Shown in pieces: positions 51,844-64,000 of a stretch of 64,000 nt of DNA (its first letter is position 1; each line of letters starts with the position of its first letter). Origin of the DNA: Tubulanus polymorphus. Taxonomy: Eukaryota > Animalia > Nemertea. The stretch lies in the NCBI RefSeq assembly GCF_964204645.1, contig NC_134029.1:13666850-13730849 (forward strand), read 5' to 3'. The position numbers and the translations under genes were made by a program. Under the pieces are notes generated by a model. The model saw nothing but the letters and a program-made list of their open reading frames with translations, was not told the origin of the DNA and did not search any database.

Positions 51844-53182
51844 ATGGCTGCCTCCATGGACAACAAGAAAAAGAGTTCAGCGCTTCTTATTATCAATGAG
51901 CTGCTGAAAACTGACAAATACCCAGACCAAAATAAAAATGGGAAGATTAAAGCCGTCAGAAATAATCTGTTATGCCCTACGAGTTCCAGTATATTTCTTG
52001 AAACAGAAGTAATGAAACATACAAAAAGTATCTATAAAAAAACGCGGATAAATGATTATGTTGAAAAAACTGTTGAACAATATAACGAAGAAGAATTCAG
52101 ACGAAGGTTCCGCTGTGAGAAGACAACGTTTGCTGTAATGATGGAATATATTCAACCATTTATCGACGAGTTGTATATGAATTATGTCGAAATAAGCGCT
52201 GAAAAACAGTTACCGGTACTGATATTTCTATATTATGCTTCATGCCAACTTCCATTGATACGTATAGGAGTTGTGTTTGGTGTGTGTGAAGCTACTGTTT
52301 TCAAAATTGTTGGTAAGTGGCTGAGTTTTTACCGGTACGGTACAGTTAATTTTTGTTGGGGCTGTGTGTGTCGTGACATTACATAATAGGCAAATGGATG
52401 TTAATCATTATTTTTATTTCTTTTTAGGTCAGATGTCAAAGATATTGGTGAATCATGTGCTACCCAAAGTTATTAGATGGTCATCTGGGGACAGACAGCG
52501 TGAAATCATTGAAGGGTTCAAAGAATTGCAAGGTTTTCCGGGTGTTATAGGAGCGTTAGATGGCACCCACATTCCGATAAAAGCACCGAAAGAATATCCA
52601 GAGAACTATATTAACAGGAAAAAATTTCACAGTATCAATGTGATGGCTGTGTGTGACCATGAAGGCTTTTTCACATCTGTTCATTCGGGGTGGCCTGGTT
52701 CAGCACACGATTCCAGAGTTTTTCAAAACTCACCTCTATACATAGATTCAGAGGATGTCGCAGTTCGACGGAAATTATTCCCAGATAATTCTCACCTTGT
52801 AGCTGACTCGGCTTATGCCCTCGAAGAGCATGTTTTAGTACCTTATAAAGATTTCGGTAATTTGTCAAACAATCAGAGAAATTACAATTTCAAACATAGT
52901 TCGACGCGAATAGGCATCGAGCATGCTTTCGGTATTCTGAAGGGGCGGTTCAGACGATTGAAATATATTGACATGCATGACCATAATCGGCTAATTAACT
53001 TTTTAACCAGCTGTTTTGTTTTACAAAACATCTGTCTACAGCACGAGACATCACTTGACGAATATCTGCGTGATGGTTTAGGTGAAGAAGTGGCTGGCGA
53101 TGAAAACGAATATTTTGGAGATTATCCTCAACCTAATGGTGAACAAAAGCGTAATGTCATCAGCTTGCTACTTTCTTTGTAA
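51844..53182 (+). CDS. PIF/Harbinger (HARBI1-like) DDE transposase, 2 exons (51844-52312, 52428-53182), 407 aa
   Basis: G|gtaagt donor and ttttttag|GT acceptor join in frame. Motifs FRRRFR, GALDGTHIP, YINRK, GWPGSAHDSRV, VADSAY and IEHAFGILKGRFRRL. Confidence 0.9.
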
Positions 53183-54692
53183 ATTCCAAATGTTTATACA
53201 GTTTTCACCCTCCTCTGGCTAAATTATCTTCATGCATGTTTGTTTAAAAGTTTATGCATGTTTGTCTAAAAGTTTTATAAATCAAACTTGTCCAGTACCG
53301 GTACTACCAACTACGTGTACGTAGTTCCATCTTTTTATTTTGTCTATGAAGAAAATGCTCATCAAATAAATGTACATATATAGTTCAAAGAAAGTGGAAA
53401 TTTTCAGATGTTGGCTATGATTGACAAGTTCAGCACCCATTAGACCAGCCAGTATATATATTTGTGAACAATGATCTGATAAAACCATTGATTTGAAAAC
53501 TTCAATAAAGTGTCCGTCTATAATTGTCAGAAGAAAAAGAATTGTTCTCTATCTGTACTTCTCTATTGATTAGGACTAGACCACAGTTCATCATGGTAAC
53601 TTGCTGTCCAAAAGTTAATGAAAATTGCATTGGTGACGAGTATAGTAAACGCGCATAAGTCAGATCGGTGTAAGTCGTATAGTCGCTCATGTCGGAGAAA
53701 AATCATCAGTCCCATTTTTTCCTTCTTGTTTTCAAATAAACTTTGCTCTATAACTCAGATTTCCTCAGTCAGTATCGTCCAAATTGTAGAAATTTCTCTG
53801 GTCCCAAATTGGCAATTCTATTGAAACCACTTCTTATAAAGTTTAAGTAAAACATCTGTAACGAAGTTCACTTAAACACATGAGTACGCCGACAACGACC
53901 TTTCAAGTCACCAACTATCAAGTTTGTGGATGAGTCCGAATGCACTAGCCATAGTTCCTTACTACTTATACCGGTGGAAGGTTTTATCTATGCCATATAC
54001 ATAAGTTGCACACTGCTACAGTCAATAAGTCAACAACTCTATATCTAAATGTATAAAAGCTTTAATAACGGTAATAAACTTCCTATTAAAACACCAATTA
54101 AAAACAAAAGCTTAAAAATTACAGTGATAAAATTACATTAAGAGACATTCATCTTTTTAAGTCTTTGAGAGATGATAAATTGCTAAATTGTTTTGTTAAA
54201 AGATAAACAAGAAAAATATAGCTTATAAAATAAATTTCTCGATTGTCAGCAACTACAAGAATTAACGATGAACTCAATCATACAGCTGCGGACATTGACA
54301 GCTCGAGAATTGACTTACAGTAAACTCAAGGTCTACTATTTAAAACCAAAAAACGGGACCTGTGATTTACTTCTGACTACTGAGACCAATCCAAATTAGG
54401 TAGAATTTACTGTAATTTTATGAAAATTTGGTTATTATTGAGGGTAGTAGATAGTTCAAGGGCTTGGTGCAAAAAGGGGCTATTAATGAATCATGAAAGT
54501 TTTTCCAACATATTTCCGGAGTCTAACATTGGAACAGGCCAGATTTATCATATGAAGCAACCTATATACCCGTAAATGGATCCTGTGATGGGTATAACTA
54601 AATTTTGACCATATCAATGCACTAAGCACTTTCTTGCTCCAAGCCCTTGATTTGATATTCAAAGATTTTCTGTATCTAAATTGAGCAACATC

Positions 54693-55380
54693 CTAAAACT
54701 TGTCAAGAATTTGTTTAAAAATATCAATTTTTGACTGTTCCATCGCTAATCGTCTATGCTCCAATGCTATTACCTCCTCGTGCTCCTTGTTCGTCAACTC
54801 CAAAATTTTGGTAGTGTCTTCTTGCTTTTTTGACTCGTGGGCTTCCAATACCTCCAATATTCCGGTACGGTATTTCGCTTCGTCAGCCTTTTGCGTTTTT
54901 GTGTTTCTACAACTGGCGGAGTTGCAGATGAAGACTCGTCGGTGGACTCATCATTATCAGGCGTAGGCAGCACATCAACCTCTTCATGAGTCTGGGACTT
55001 ATGAATATTGGAAGACGACGACAACGATGACGACAGAACTACACTTGGTCTTACGAATGGCCGACACCCAATATATTCATCAAGATCATCATAGTACTCG
55101 CAGTATTTAGGATCAACTCCTGTCTTTCCGTTGTGTTTTACGCAATTCTTGTACGGCGTTAGAATATTGTTCCACTTCATTTTGAGTTGAATCCATGTGT
55201 AACAATATTTTATAATTTAGTTTCTGCATATCCGAAGCTATTAATCCCCACACATGTTTTTTGGAGTTTTCTTGTCATTCATTTTGCTGCTATACTTTTT
55301 GTGAAGTTTACTTAATAAACGGACAGCCCCCTCAGGCATTTCTTCTTTCTTTTTATTTGCAGCTTCACATGCACCACCCT
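54693..55380 (-). pseudogene. Harbinger Myb/SANT (MADF-like) DNA-binding ORF, frameshifted
   Basis: ...TWIQLKMKWNNILTPYK...C.YYDDLDEYIG.RP...P, a Ser-rich linker and a coiled-coil C-terminus. It is convergent with the transposase, as is typical for Harbinger. Confidence 0.78.
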
Positions 55381-55650
55381 CTGAAAGACAACAATGCAGT
55401 TTAAAAGAAACTGGTTGATATGAACTGTACATATATTCAATATATCTATATAATACATTGACCCTTAAAAGTAACTCCAAATACTGCGAAATAATTTGAA
55501 TTGATCACAATATTTTGACTATAATAGCTTATGGGTTTTGATATTACTTTGATTTGCATAATTTTATAAATCGAAAGTTGATGAAAAATTCTCATCATTT
55601 TTCCCTTTTTAAGAAGTCGTAGCTTTAACACTGTATCCTGAAAACATCTG

Positions 55651-55762
55651 GATCCAGTCTCACAGTTGTGAGTTAAATTTGACTTTGGAGTTAAAACATT
55701 GAAAACAAACTGATTTTAACTCTGAGTTAACTAACTCTAACTCACAACTGTGGAACTGGGCC
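55651..55762. mobile_element. Short Harbinger-like MITE
   Basis: Imperfect 25-bp TIRs (ccag..cacagttgtgagtta) with CTG on both sides. Confidence 0.65.
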
Positions 55763-56226
55763 CTGGAGATTATACTGAAATAATAATCTTATTAACCCAA
55801 CCAGGGGCGGGTACAGGGGGGTGTACGAGGTTGCTAGCCACCCCCCCCCCCCCCAAAAAAAAAAACACCTTTTAAACACCTATATTTTCTTGATTCATGC
55901 GTGAGAATGGCCCTTAACGCGTCTCTGTTCAAATTATTTTTCATAATTCTCTGGTCTGGAACCCAGACAGTAGCCTAGTCACACCCACACCTCAAAATTC
56001 CCAATTGTCACAATCGAGTCGACGGTTATACTTAGTAGGTCTACCCATCACGGACTGCATACAGTTTTGAGGCCACGGTGTGGGGATCGCTCCGCCCGCT
56101 GATGGCCGTCAACTGACATAGCTATCAGCCCTGTTCACACTGCACGCGCGATTCGCATGCGATGCCCAACGCATGCGAATTTTCGCGAATTCCCATTGTT
56201 AAAAGTTGACGTATGGGCAATGCATG

Positions 56227-57152
56227 ACTAAAACGAAGACCTATGCACTTTTACAAAACTTACTTCAAACATGGGATTATTCACGCAACCACTTCGTAGA
56301 AGCTCCAGTTACGACTATGCCGACAAATGTACGTATTTACGAACAATGAAACGAAGTTTTCCTCTAAAAATGTGCGATTTCTATTATATTCGATTCGCTG
56401 CGTTGTCGTGGCTTATACATCATTTTCACAAATAAATGTTTAGGATTCTATTCTTCTATTAATATTCTACACTCCGCTCGAGCCGGATCTCATCTCGGGA
56501 CCGTAATGGTATGACTGACTCGAGTGATATCCGAGTAGGATATCATGTATTTTATAAAGTTGTCCAAAATTTTTCAAAAAACATCTTAGAATCGAACGGT
56601 TATCCGGGTTGATCGGATCCCGTCCACTGTTGTAGGAGTACGCGTTATTGTGACTGATTAATTATTCGCCATTAACCAAAATTGAACTGGGTGCATAGGT
56701 CTTCGTTTTAGTAGTGCATAGTTTTAGTAACACCCACACACGCAAAACTAAAACGAAGACCTATGCACTTTTACAAAACTTACTTCAAACATGGAATTCT
56801 TCTCGCAACCACTTCGGGGAAGCTCCAGTTACGACTATGCCGACAAATGTACGTATTTACGACGAATAAAACGAACTTTTCATCTATAAATGTGCGATTT
56901 CTATTAGGCCAAAAATGCATTTTTTTCTCATGATTTTGAAATCCCGCCCGCATCGGAAAAATCATCGGAAAATTAGATGAAAATAATGTCCATCCTCCCG
57001 CATCATAGCTCGAAGATAAATGTGTTTTTTTAATAAGAATTAAAATCCCCCCACCCGCATTGATATACTAACCATATCGTCATCTTTTTATCATTTTATT
57101 ATTTCTCTATGAACGTATCGAGAAGTTTTCGTTTAGTAGTGCATAGTTTTAG
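56227..57152. mobile_element. Two adjacent copies of a TIR element; the second is interrupted by a TTA-GGCC (Zator-like) end
   Basis: 22-bp TIR actaaaacgaagacctatgcac at 56227, inverted at 56691-56712. The first ~160 bp are repeated at 56747-56905. Confidence 0.65.
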
Positions 57153-57650
57153 TCTAATTCAACCTTGGGGAATTAGTTATGTAACCATTTCAAAGACCTA
57201 TGAAACCAATGGAGTGTCTGAGTGTTTCATTATGAATTACTGTGGTGTACGGGGATGGTAGTAGAGGGTAAAGTGGTTGGTCCTGTCTAAAAGAATGTAT
57301 GGCCCTTAAAAACGTTCCACTCTGACATCGCGCTCCAATTCATTTTGCGAAAATTGAAGCCAGTTTTAAGATTGGGTGTCTGGGGTCAAGTTGTTTATCG
57401 CTGTACGTGACACTGGGTGTCCGTTTTCTGCTGTGTATCACTTATGCACTCATCGATTCACCTTAAAATTGTCACCACACCTTATTTTGGCGAATAAACT
57501 GACGTGGATAGATCTTCGTTAGTCAAGCCCACGCAATGGGAACTACAACTATCTACATTTGTACGACTAAAATGAAGACATTTGCACCAAACGTGGCATC
57601 CTCGCTTGGCAGGTTTTAATTGCCGCCCGCGGAAGTTCACGCCATCACAT

Positions 57651-57883
57651 ACCCTTGCCGCAAACCCTCTATTGTTCTTATTACATCGCCCACGATTTCT
57701 CGGGTGGAAAGGTTCCCGCTCAGCGCCTACCAGTCTATATTCTAGCCAATCCGATGCGTTTTTCCTGGCACAACGTTTGCTCTATAAATACCACGCATCT
57801 GATATGTATACTGAGTGGGAACCTGTCCGCACGAAAAATCGTGGGCGATGTAGTAGACCAGTAAAGGGTTTGCAGCACAGGTT
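57651..57883. mobile_element. Palindromic MITE with imperfect TIRs of about 70 bp
   Basis: gcaaaccct...tacatcgcccacgattt...ggttcccgctcag is mirrored by ctgagtgggaacc...aaatcgtgggcgatgta...agggtttgc. Confidence 0.7.
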
Positions 57884-58929
57884 TGTGTTGGCGTGAGCTC
57901 CAGCGGGTGGCCATCAAACCTTGGCAAGTGAGGATGCATACGTGCACCAAACGCTGTCAACAGCTGTCCGCTGTCCAGAACGTGGAAGTTAAAAGACACC
58001 TAAAAAATTCAGTTGTCCAGTATGACAGACGATTCAGCGTATCGGAAAATGAGGCCAACCACTCCTCCAAAGGGCATCAGCTCTTTGACAAAAAGATTCA
58101 ATGTCCTTAAAAACAAACCTGACAATAAAAAATGAACTTCTCGCGTAATTTTTTTTAAAGAAAAACAATACAGTTTGACGTGGGCTAATGCTGACTTTGA
58201 CAATCACAAACAGTATTTACTCAGGTTTGCACAGATTATGGAGCACAACCGGCCTGGGCAGAGACTTTTTACCAAGGGACTATCCATTTATAACGTACGC
58301 AAAAACTTAGACCCACCTCCTTTCCTAGTACCTATTTGTATGTAAGTTTACTACCGACCATGCGGCGCACGTACTCCACCAACATTTCGCGGACCAACCC
58401 CCCTAGCCCACATCCACACGCTCATATGTTACACCCTGAGCAGAATTACATTTTAAAATACATTAAGGTGCATACAATACGCAACACTATTTCACCCCAT
58501 CCCCTTTTGTTTACAATTGCATGCAATTTAATAAGATACCCTCCCACCCAACAATGCGTACATAATAAATGAATACCCCACAACTAATCATACTTAAAAT
58601 ACCTTTAACTGAAATCCATAACTGGTTGATTTCTTTAATATCTTCGTGCTAATAATAATGCTAATAAAAACCTTGCTATACCCTATATCCTTAGTGCCTA
58701 CCGTCAAATAGAATTATGGTTTCGCATATCTTAAAACGTATAATTATATGTTACAGATCATGAGATGCTTCATTTTTGTTATCAATCACATGCTATCAAT
58801 GGATACTAATTGTCAGGGTTCTATAGTACATGTAATCGTTGTATACGAGGCTCTATAGTACCAACATAAACAAACCGCCGCGCAATCGGCATGAAACTTA
58901 CAATTCGAACCTGGTTCACTAGTGTAACA

Positions 58930-61600
58930 CTAAAAAGTCATATTAGAAATAAGAATAATGATATTTTAGGTGAAGATTATTTTGATAAAGATAATGATAA
59001 GAAACAGAAGACAATTAAAAGCATGAAAAATAAATTAAACAATAAAAGACCATACATGGAAGATGTAAGAAAATATATTAATTTATTGGATAATAAAAAA
59101 GATATAGAGATAACCGAAGCATTTAAAAGTGATATTGGCCCAGCAGCTATCGAGTTTAAATTTCATAAAGGAAAAACATTAGAAGAAACTAAAAAACATT
59201 TAGAAAATATGAAAGAAATAATAAAAATAATAACTGATGTTGAATATCCTAAAATTAGTATATCAGTTAAAGTTAAATTCATAAAATCTGAAGATAAACC
59301 AATATATAATATAAATTCTCATTCACAACATATTATATATAAACAACATATAGATGATATATTAGATAAATGTTATAATGAAGTAAAAACTAAAATAGAA
59401 GAGAAATATTTTGAAGGATCTGGTTTAATATTTGATGAAATAATATTTATGACTTTACATGTTTATAACACAAAATATAATAAGTTAACTAAATCAAAAC
59501 CAATTGATGAAAATAATGTATCATATTATAAAGAACCAGATATTGAAGCATCGAGTTATGTTAAACTACCATTTAAAACTAATGCTGTTATAAATGTACA
59601 AAATGAAGATGATAAATGTTTTCTATGGGCAATAATTAGTTGTTTACATCCTGCAACTTATAATATTTGTAGATTAACTCATTATAAACCATTTGAAAAT
59701 AATTATAAGATAGATAAGTATCCTGTTATAATTAAAAACATCCCAAAGATAGAAAGAGATAATAATTTAAGAATAAATGTATTTGATTTAATCAAATTAC
59801 CAAATACAAAAGGTAACAACATAAAACATTATACATTAGAACCTTTATACCTATCAAAAGATTATGATTCAAACGATGTTAAAGATATATTATATTATGA
59901 GAATCATTATATGTGGATTAAACAAATAGATTTATTCTTTAGAACAGAAAGTGATCACCATAATAAAATATATCTATGTAGAAAATGTTTACATAGATTC
60001 AGTTATGAAAGTACATTATTAAATCATAAACAACTATGTGAAAATCATGATTATTGTAAATTAGTTTTACCAAATGAAATGGATAAAATATTAGAATTCA
60101 AAAAATATGATTACAAAAATAAGTACCATTTGTAATATATGGAGATTTTGAATCATTAAATAAAGAACTAACTGATCAAGATAGAAAAGAAATATATTAT
60201 AAGAGAAAGAAATTAAATTCTAATGAAAATGATTATTCTGAAGAACGACCAAAAACAAATACTATTAAAAAGATTCATCAATCAGCTGCTGCTTTCGGGT
60301 TATATATAAAATCTGATTATCCAGAACTAATTGAAAGTGAATATTATCATTATAGAAATGAAAATGTTATCAATCATTTTTGTGACTTATTAATTGAATA
60401 TGAAATAAGATTAAGTAAATTATTTTAGATTTAGAATATCCTGAAGATAAAAAATTTAAATCTAGAAATCTAGCATACTGCCCCGAACATAAAACTGTAA
60501 CACATGAAGAATTATCAAATTACCAAAAAAGAATTAAACCCGAAAATCATATTCATACAGAAAAGTTAATGGTAACTCAAGAAGATAAATATAATTATGT
60601 AGTACATTATAGAATGTTAAAGTTTTATTTGAATCAAGGAATGATTCTAAAAAAAGTACATAGATATATTGCATTTAGTCAATCTAAGTGGTTAGAAAAA
60701 TATATAGATTTTAACACCAAACAGAGAACTAAAGCTAAAACTGATTTCGAAAAAGATTTCTTCAAGTTAATGAATAATGCATTCTATGGAAAAACTTGTG
60801 AAAATATTAGAAATAGAAATGATATTGAGTTAGTTAATAATGGTAAAAGAATTAGACATTTACAATCATATCCTAAGTTCATTGGTAACAGAATATTTGA
60901 TGAAAATTTAGCCGCAGTTAAAATGAGAAGAACATCAATGAAATTTAATAAACCAATCTATGTTGGCGCTTCAGTTTTAGAATTATCAAAATTACTAATG
61001 TATGAATTCTATTATAATGTATTACAACCATTTTTTGGAGAAAAACATATAGAAATATTATATTTTGATACTGACAGTTACATATTAAAGATAAAAACTG
61101 ATAACATAACTGATGATTTAAAAACATTAAAACATCGTTTTGATTTTAGTAACTATCCTAAAGATCATGAATTGTTTAGCAATGATAATAAAAAAGTTCC
61201 CGGTAAATTCAAAGATGAATTAGGTGGTAAAGAAATGATTTAATTAATTGGTTTTAGATCTAAAATGTATTCATATAAAACTTAAGAACATGAAGCTAAA
61301 AAGTTAAAAGGAATAACCAAAAGTGTAGTAGAAAAGAATATTCATTTCAAAGATTACATCAATTGTATATTCAATGAAGAAGTTAGAAAACATAAGATGA
61401 GATGTTTAAGATCTGTAGATCATGAAATGTTTATTGAAGAAATTGAAAAGATAAGTCTAAACCCATTTGATGATAAAAGATATATTCTGGATGATGTAAT
61501 TCATACAGTTGCTTATGGTTGTAATTTAGATGAATACTTAAAATTTAAAAGAGAAGAAACAAAAGAGAACGAGATAATGAAAAGAATTCTAACGTGTTAA
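58930..61600 (+). pseudogene. Protein-primed family B DNA polymerase, disrupted
   Basis: Motifs GSG..F, SSYVKLP, INVQNEDDKCFLWA, YGDFES (ExoI), KLMNNAFYGK, YFDTDS, PGKFKDE, KLKGI and FDDKRY. There is a frameshift near 60120, a large deletion near 60425, and stops at 61241 and 61283. Confidence 0.9.
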
Positions 61601-61629
61601 TCAAATTTTAATAAAAATATGTTATTAAA

Positions 61630-61983
61630 ATGGAGAGTAAACAAGCACACAGTGAGAATAACAAATTATTTCTAGATAGAATAAAAGATACTTCAAATGT
61701 CAAATCAGTAGATTATGAATTTAAGAAGTTAAAAGAATTAATAATCCATAAGAAATATCTAATTACAAATATTGATAGAGTTACTAACAAATATGGAGAT
61801 AAATTAGTTATACACTTAGAATATGAAGGATTAAAAGGAAATACATATAAATTCAGAATATATTTACCGGATAGATTTCATAGATTATCAAGTGAAGATC
61901 TAGAAGAATTATGTTCTGGTGATTTCTATTTCGTATACAAAGGTAAGAATGAAAAGGGGCACCATGAAATAGATTTCGAATAA
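61630..61983 (+). CDS. Polinton small protein, putative ssDNA-binding (OB-fold-like)
   Basis: The pattern FKKLKEL...KKYLI....RVTNKYG..LV......IYLPDRF recalls small ORFs next to pPolB in such elements. The function is inferred. Confidence 0.55.
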   Translation: MESKQAHSENNKLFLDRIKDTSNVKSVDYEFKKLKELIIHKKYLITNIDRVTNKYGDKLVIHLEYEGLKGNTYKFRIYLPDRFHRLSSEDLEELCSGDFYFVYKGKNEKGHHEIDFE

Positions 61984-62017
61984 GAAAATATGTAAAATAA
62001 ATTGCGGAATTAAAAGA

Positions 62018-62725
62018 ATAATTAAATCTCATAATTTACTAGTTCAATTAGATAGAGAATTTAAGAATTGTGTAGATTTAAAATTAGTTAATATAAGTTT
62101 ATGTAATTCTTTTTATGATATAACGGATAAAACTATTGAAGATAATACTTTTTTAATTCATAGTGGAAATGTAGATAAATGGTTTCATATAATTTTAAAA
62201 CCAGGATTATATAATTTAGAAACATTAGCTCAAGAAATTAATCGAAGAGCACGGTTGAAAATTAGAAGAGATGATAAATTTTTAATTAGATTTATAAAAA
62301 GTGATAGCACAAATAAAATTAAAATAAAGGTATATGATGAAAGTCAACATGCATTTATGGTAAAAAAACCATTAGCTAAATTGCTAGGAATTGCACCAGA
62401 TACTGTTACAGGAAACATAGATGGTAATTCAAATATAATACCTTTTACACACTTTTATATTTATTGCAATTTAATCGAGCCTACAAAAACTTTCGAAGCA
62501 ACTAAAGAAACAATTTGTAGTTCTAGTATACTAAATATTTTACCGCTAAAAAATTTTAAACAATTTGGAACTCAAATAAATGATAATTTAACAGAATGTG
62601 ATTTTAAACCTTGCATTCCTCAATTTAATAATTTTAAATTAGAAATAAGAAATCACAATGGATATTTAATTGATTTGAATAACTTTCCTGTAATTTATGA
62701 ATTAGTTATAAGATGTAGAGAGTAA
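62018..62725 (+). CDS. Minor capsid (penton)-like protein; start codon apparently lost
   Basis: The frame is open from 61973 with no upstream ATG. Motifs NSFYDIT, IILKPGLYNL..L...IN, LAKLLG, FYIYCNLI and LEIRNHNGYLIDLN match the Polinton-type single jelly-roll penton pattern. Confidence 0.65.
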   Translation: MIKSHNLLVQLDREFKNCVDLKLVNISLCNSFYDITDKTIEDNTFLIHSGNVDKWFHIILKPGLYNLETLAQEINRRARLKIRRDDKFLIRFIKSDSTNKIKIKVYDESQHAFMVKKPLAKLLGIAPDTVTGNIDGNSNIIPFTHFYIYCNLIEPTKTFEATKETICSSSILNILPLKNFKQFGTQINDNLTECDFKPCIPQFNNFKLEIRNHNGYLIDLNNFPVIYELVIRCRE

Positions 62726-62741
62726 TTTTTTCATTATATAA

Positions 62742-63796
62742 ATGAATATAACTAATATGGCTAGACATATGAAAAAACATGATGAAAATTATAAACCCCC
62801 TAAACTAAACTGTCCAAAATGTAATAAATTATTCTCAAGAAATTATGTTTAAAAAAATTCAGAGAAGTGTAGAATTAATGACACAACGGTTAATGTTGAT
62901 AGTAACGAAAGTAATAGTAATTCTGTTGAAGTTGAACCTGAAATTATTTGGAAAAGACCTTTTTTATTCTATGATAAGGATAATATAAAAGATCATTTCT
63001 GTGAGCCTTGTCGAATAAAATATAGCCCTGAAAATATAGAAGATTGGAGAATCATCAATTTCGTAAAGTACATATAGATAAAATTTCTAATAAATTTGAA
63101 ACTGAATTCAATGAAAGAAAAAATAATTTATTAGAAAAAATAAAATATGAGAAAACGTTACCAGATAATAAAGAAACAGTTGAAAAGTTAGAAAAACAAT
63201 ATAATGAATTAACAAGAAAAACATATTATTGTAAATATTGTAAATTGATTATTACAACAAGTAATTCAAATCTACATAATAGAACAATAAAACATAAAGA
63301 AAACGTAAGAAAATACAAGGAGCTTAATGAAGATCTATTACCAATAAATTATAAACAAAAATGCCCACAATGTAATTATGCGACCTTAAGACAAGAAGGT
63401 ACTGTGTTATTTTGTAATGAATGTGGATGGCAAAAGAATTTATGGGGTGATGAAAAAACTAGAGATTTTCTCATAGAACCAAAATTAAATTATCTAGATG
63501 AAATTTTTAAAATATTTTCTATAGAAGATCATACACCAGAATATATGCAATGGCTTGAAAAAATGAAAATGATAGAAAATAAAAATGGTGAAATAACTAA
63601 AAAAGATATTATAAAAACAATTATTCCATCAACATTTAACACAAAACAAAAGAAAATGTATTTATATTTATTATTTAATGATTATTATGAAAAACCTAAA
63701 TTAACAGAAAAAGATATGGAAAATATAAAAAAAACATTCAAACAAATATTATCAAAATATTATCAAATATTATGTATCATTTGGAAAATAGAATAA
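62742..63796 (+). pseudogene. Zinc-finger-containing ORF(s) of the Polinton-like element
   Basis: C2H2-like pieces (RHMKKH..CPKC; CKYC...H....H) and a C4 ribbon CPQC-x13-CNEC. Broken by frameshifts upstream of 63044. Confidence 0.55.
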
Positions 63797-64000
63797 CAGA
63801 TTCAATTAATTATGAATTCTTTTTAAATAAGATTGTAAATTATTTAAACATCGATATTATAATTCCATATAATTTTGATGAATTAACAAACAAAAAGAAA
63901 CAAAGAGAGCGAGATGAAATGTGGCACAATATAACACGTGATTTAAATGAGAAAAATGAAATGGAAGAACCTAAACAAATTATACAAGAACAATTAAATG

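Larger units (their letters stand above)
58925..64000 (+). mobile_element. Polinton/Maverick (adintovirus-like) endogenous element, degraded, running off the right edge
   Basis: Abrupt shift to very AT-rich, intronless, tightly packed co-oriented ORFs, including pPolB and a penton-like gene. Confidence 0.88.

Noticed and set aside
58891-58930. ATG at 58891 as the true pPolB start, or a Polinton left TIR
   Set aside because: It lies in flanking DNA of different composition and no AG-repeat terminus is visible; the element looks truncated here.

Overview
This is AT-rich eukaryotic (animal, probably marine invertebrate) genomic DNA dominated by transposable elements. The only clear host gene is RECQL5 on the minus strand: four coding exons (34421-34310, 30864-30212, 6081-5864, 4241-4079) splice in phase to give 382 codons of the helicase core, and the gene continues off the left edge. 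Its 24-kb intron 2 holds a nested TE cluster: two L2/CR1 LINEs, a fragmented piggyBac, a Zator-like MITE containing a hAT-like MITE, Harbinger MITEs, a BEL/Pao fragment, and a structurally complete DIRS1-type retrotransposon (ITRs, ICR, gag, RT, RNase H, Dam-like methylase, tyrosine recombinase). Upstream of RECQL5 are an intact-looking DD35D pogo/Fot-like transposon, a 109-bp tandem array, a family of 27-47 bp P-element-like micro-hairpins, a Penelope-type hammerhead ribozyme motif, and a Harbinger element with a possible decayed third ORF (Ulp1/PHD-like). From about 58.9 kb to the end lies a degraded Polinton/adintovirus-like endogenous element (pPolB, SSB-like, penton-like, zinc-finger ORFs). 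All calls come from reading motifs by eye; no database searches were run.
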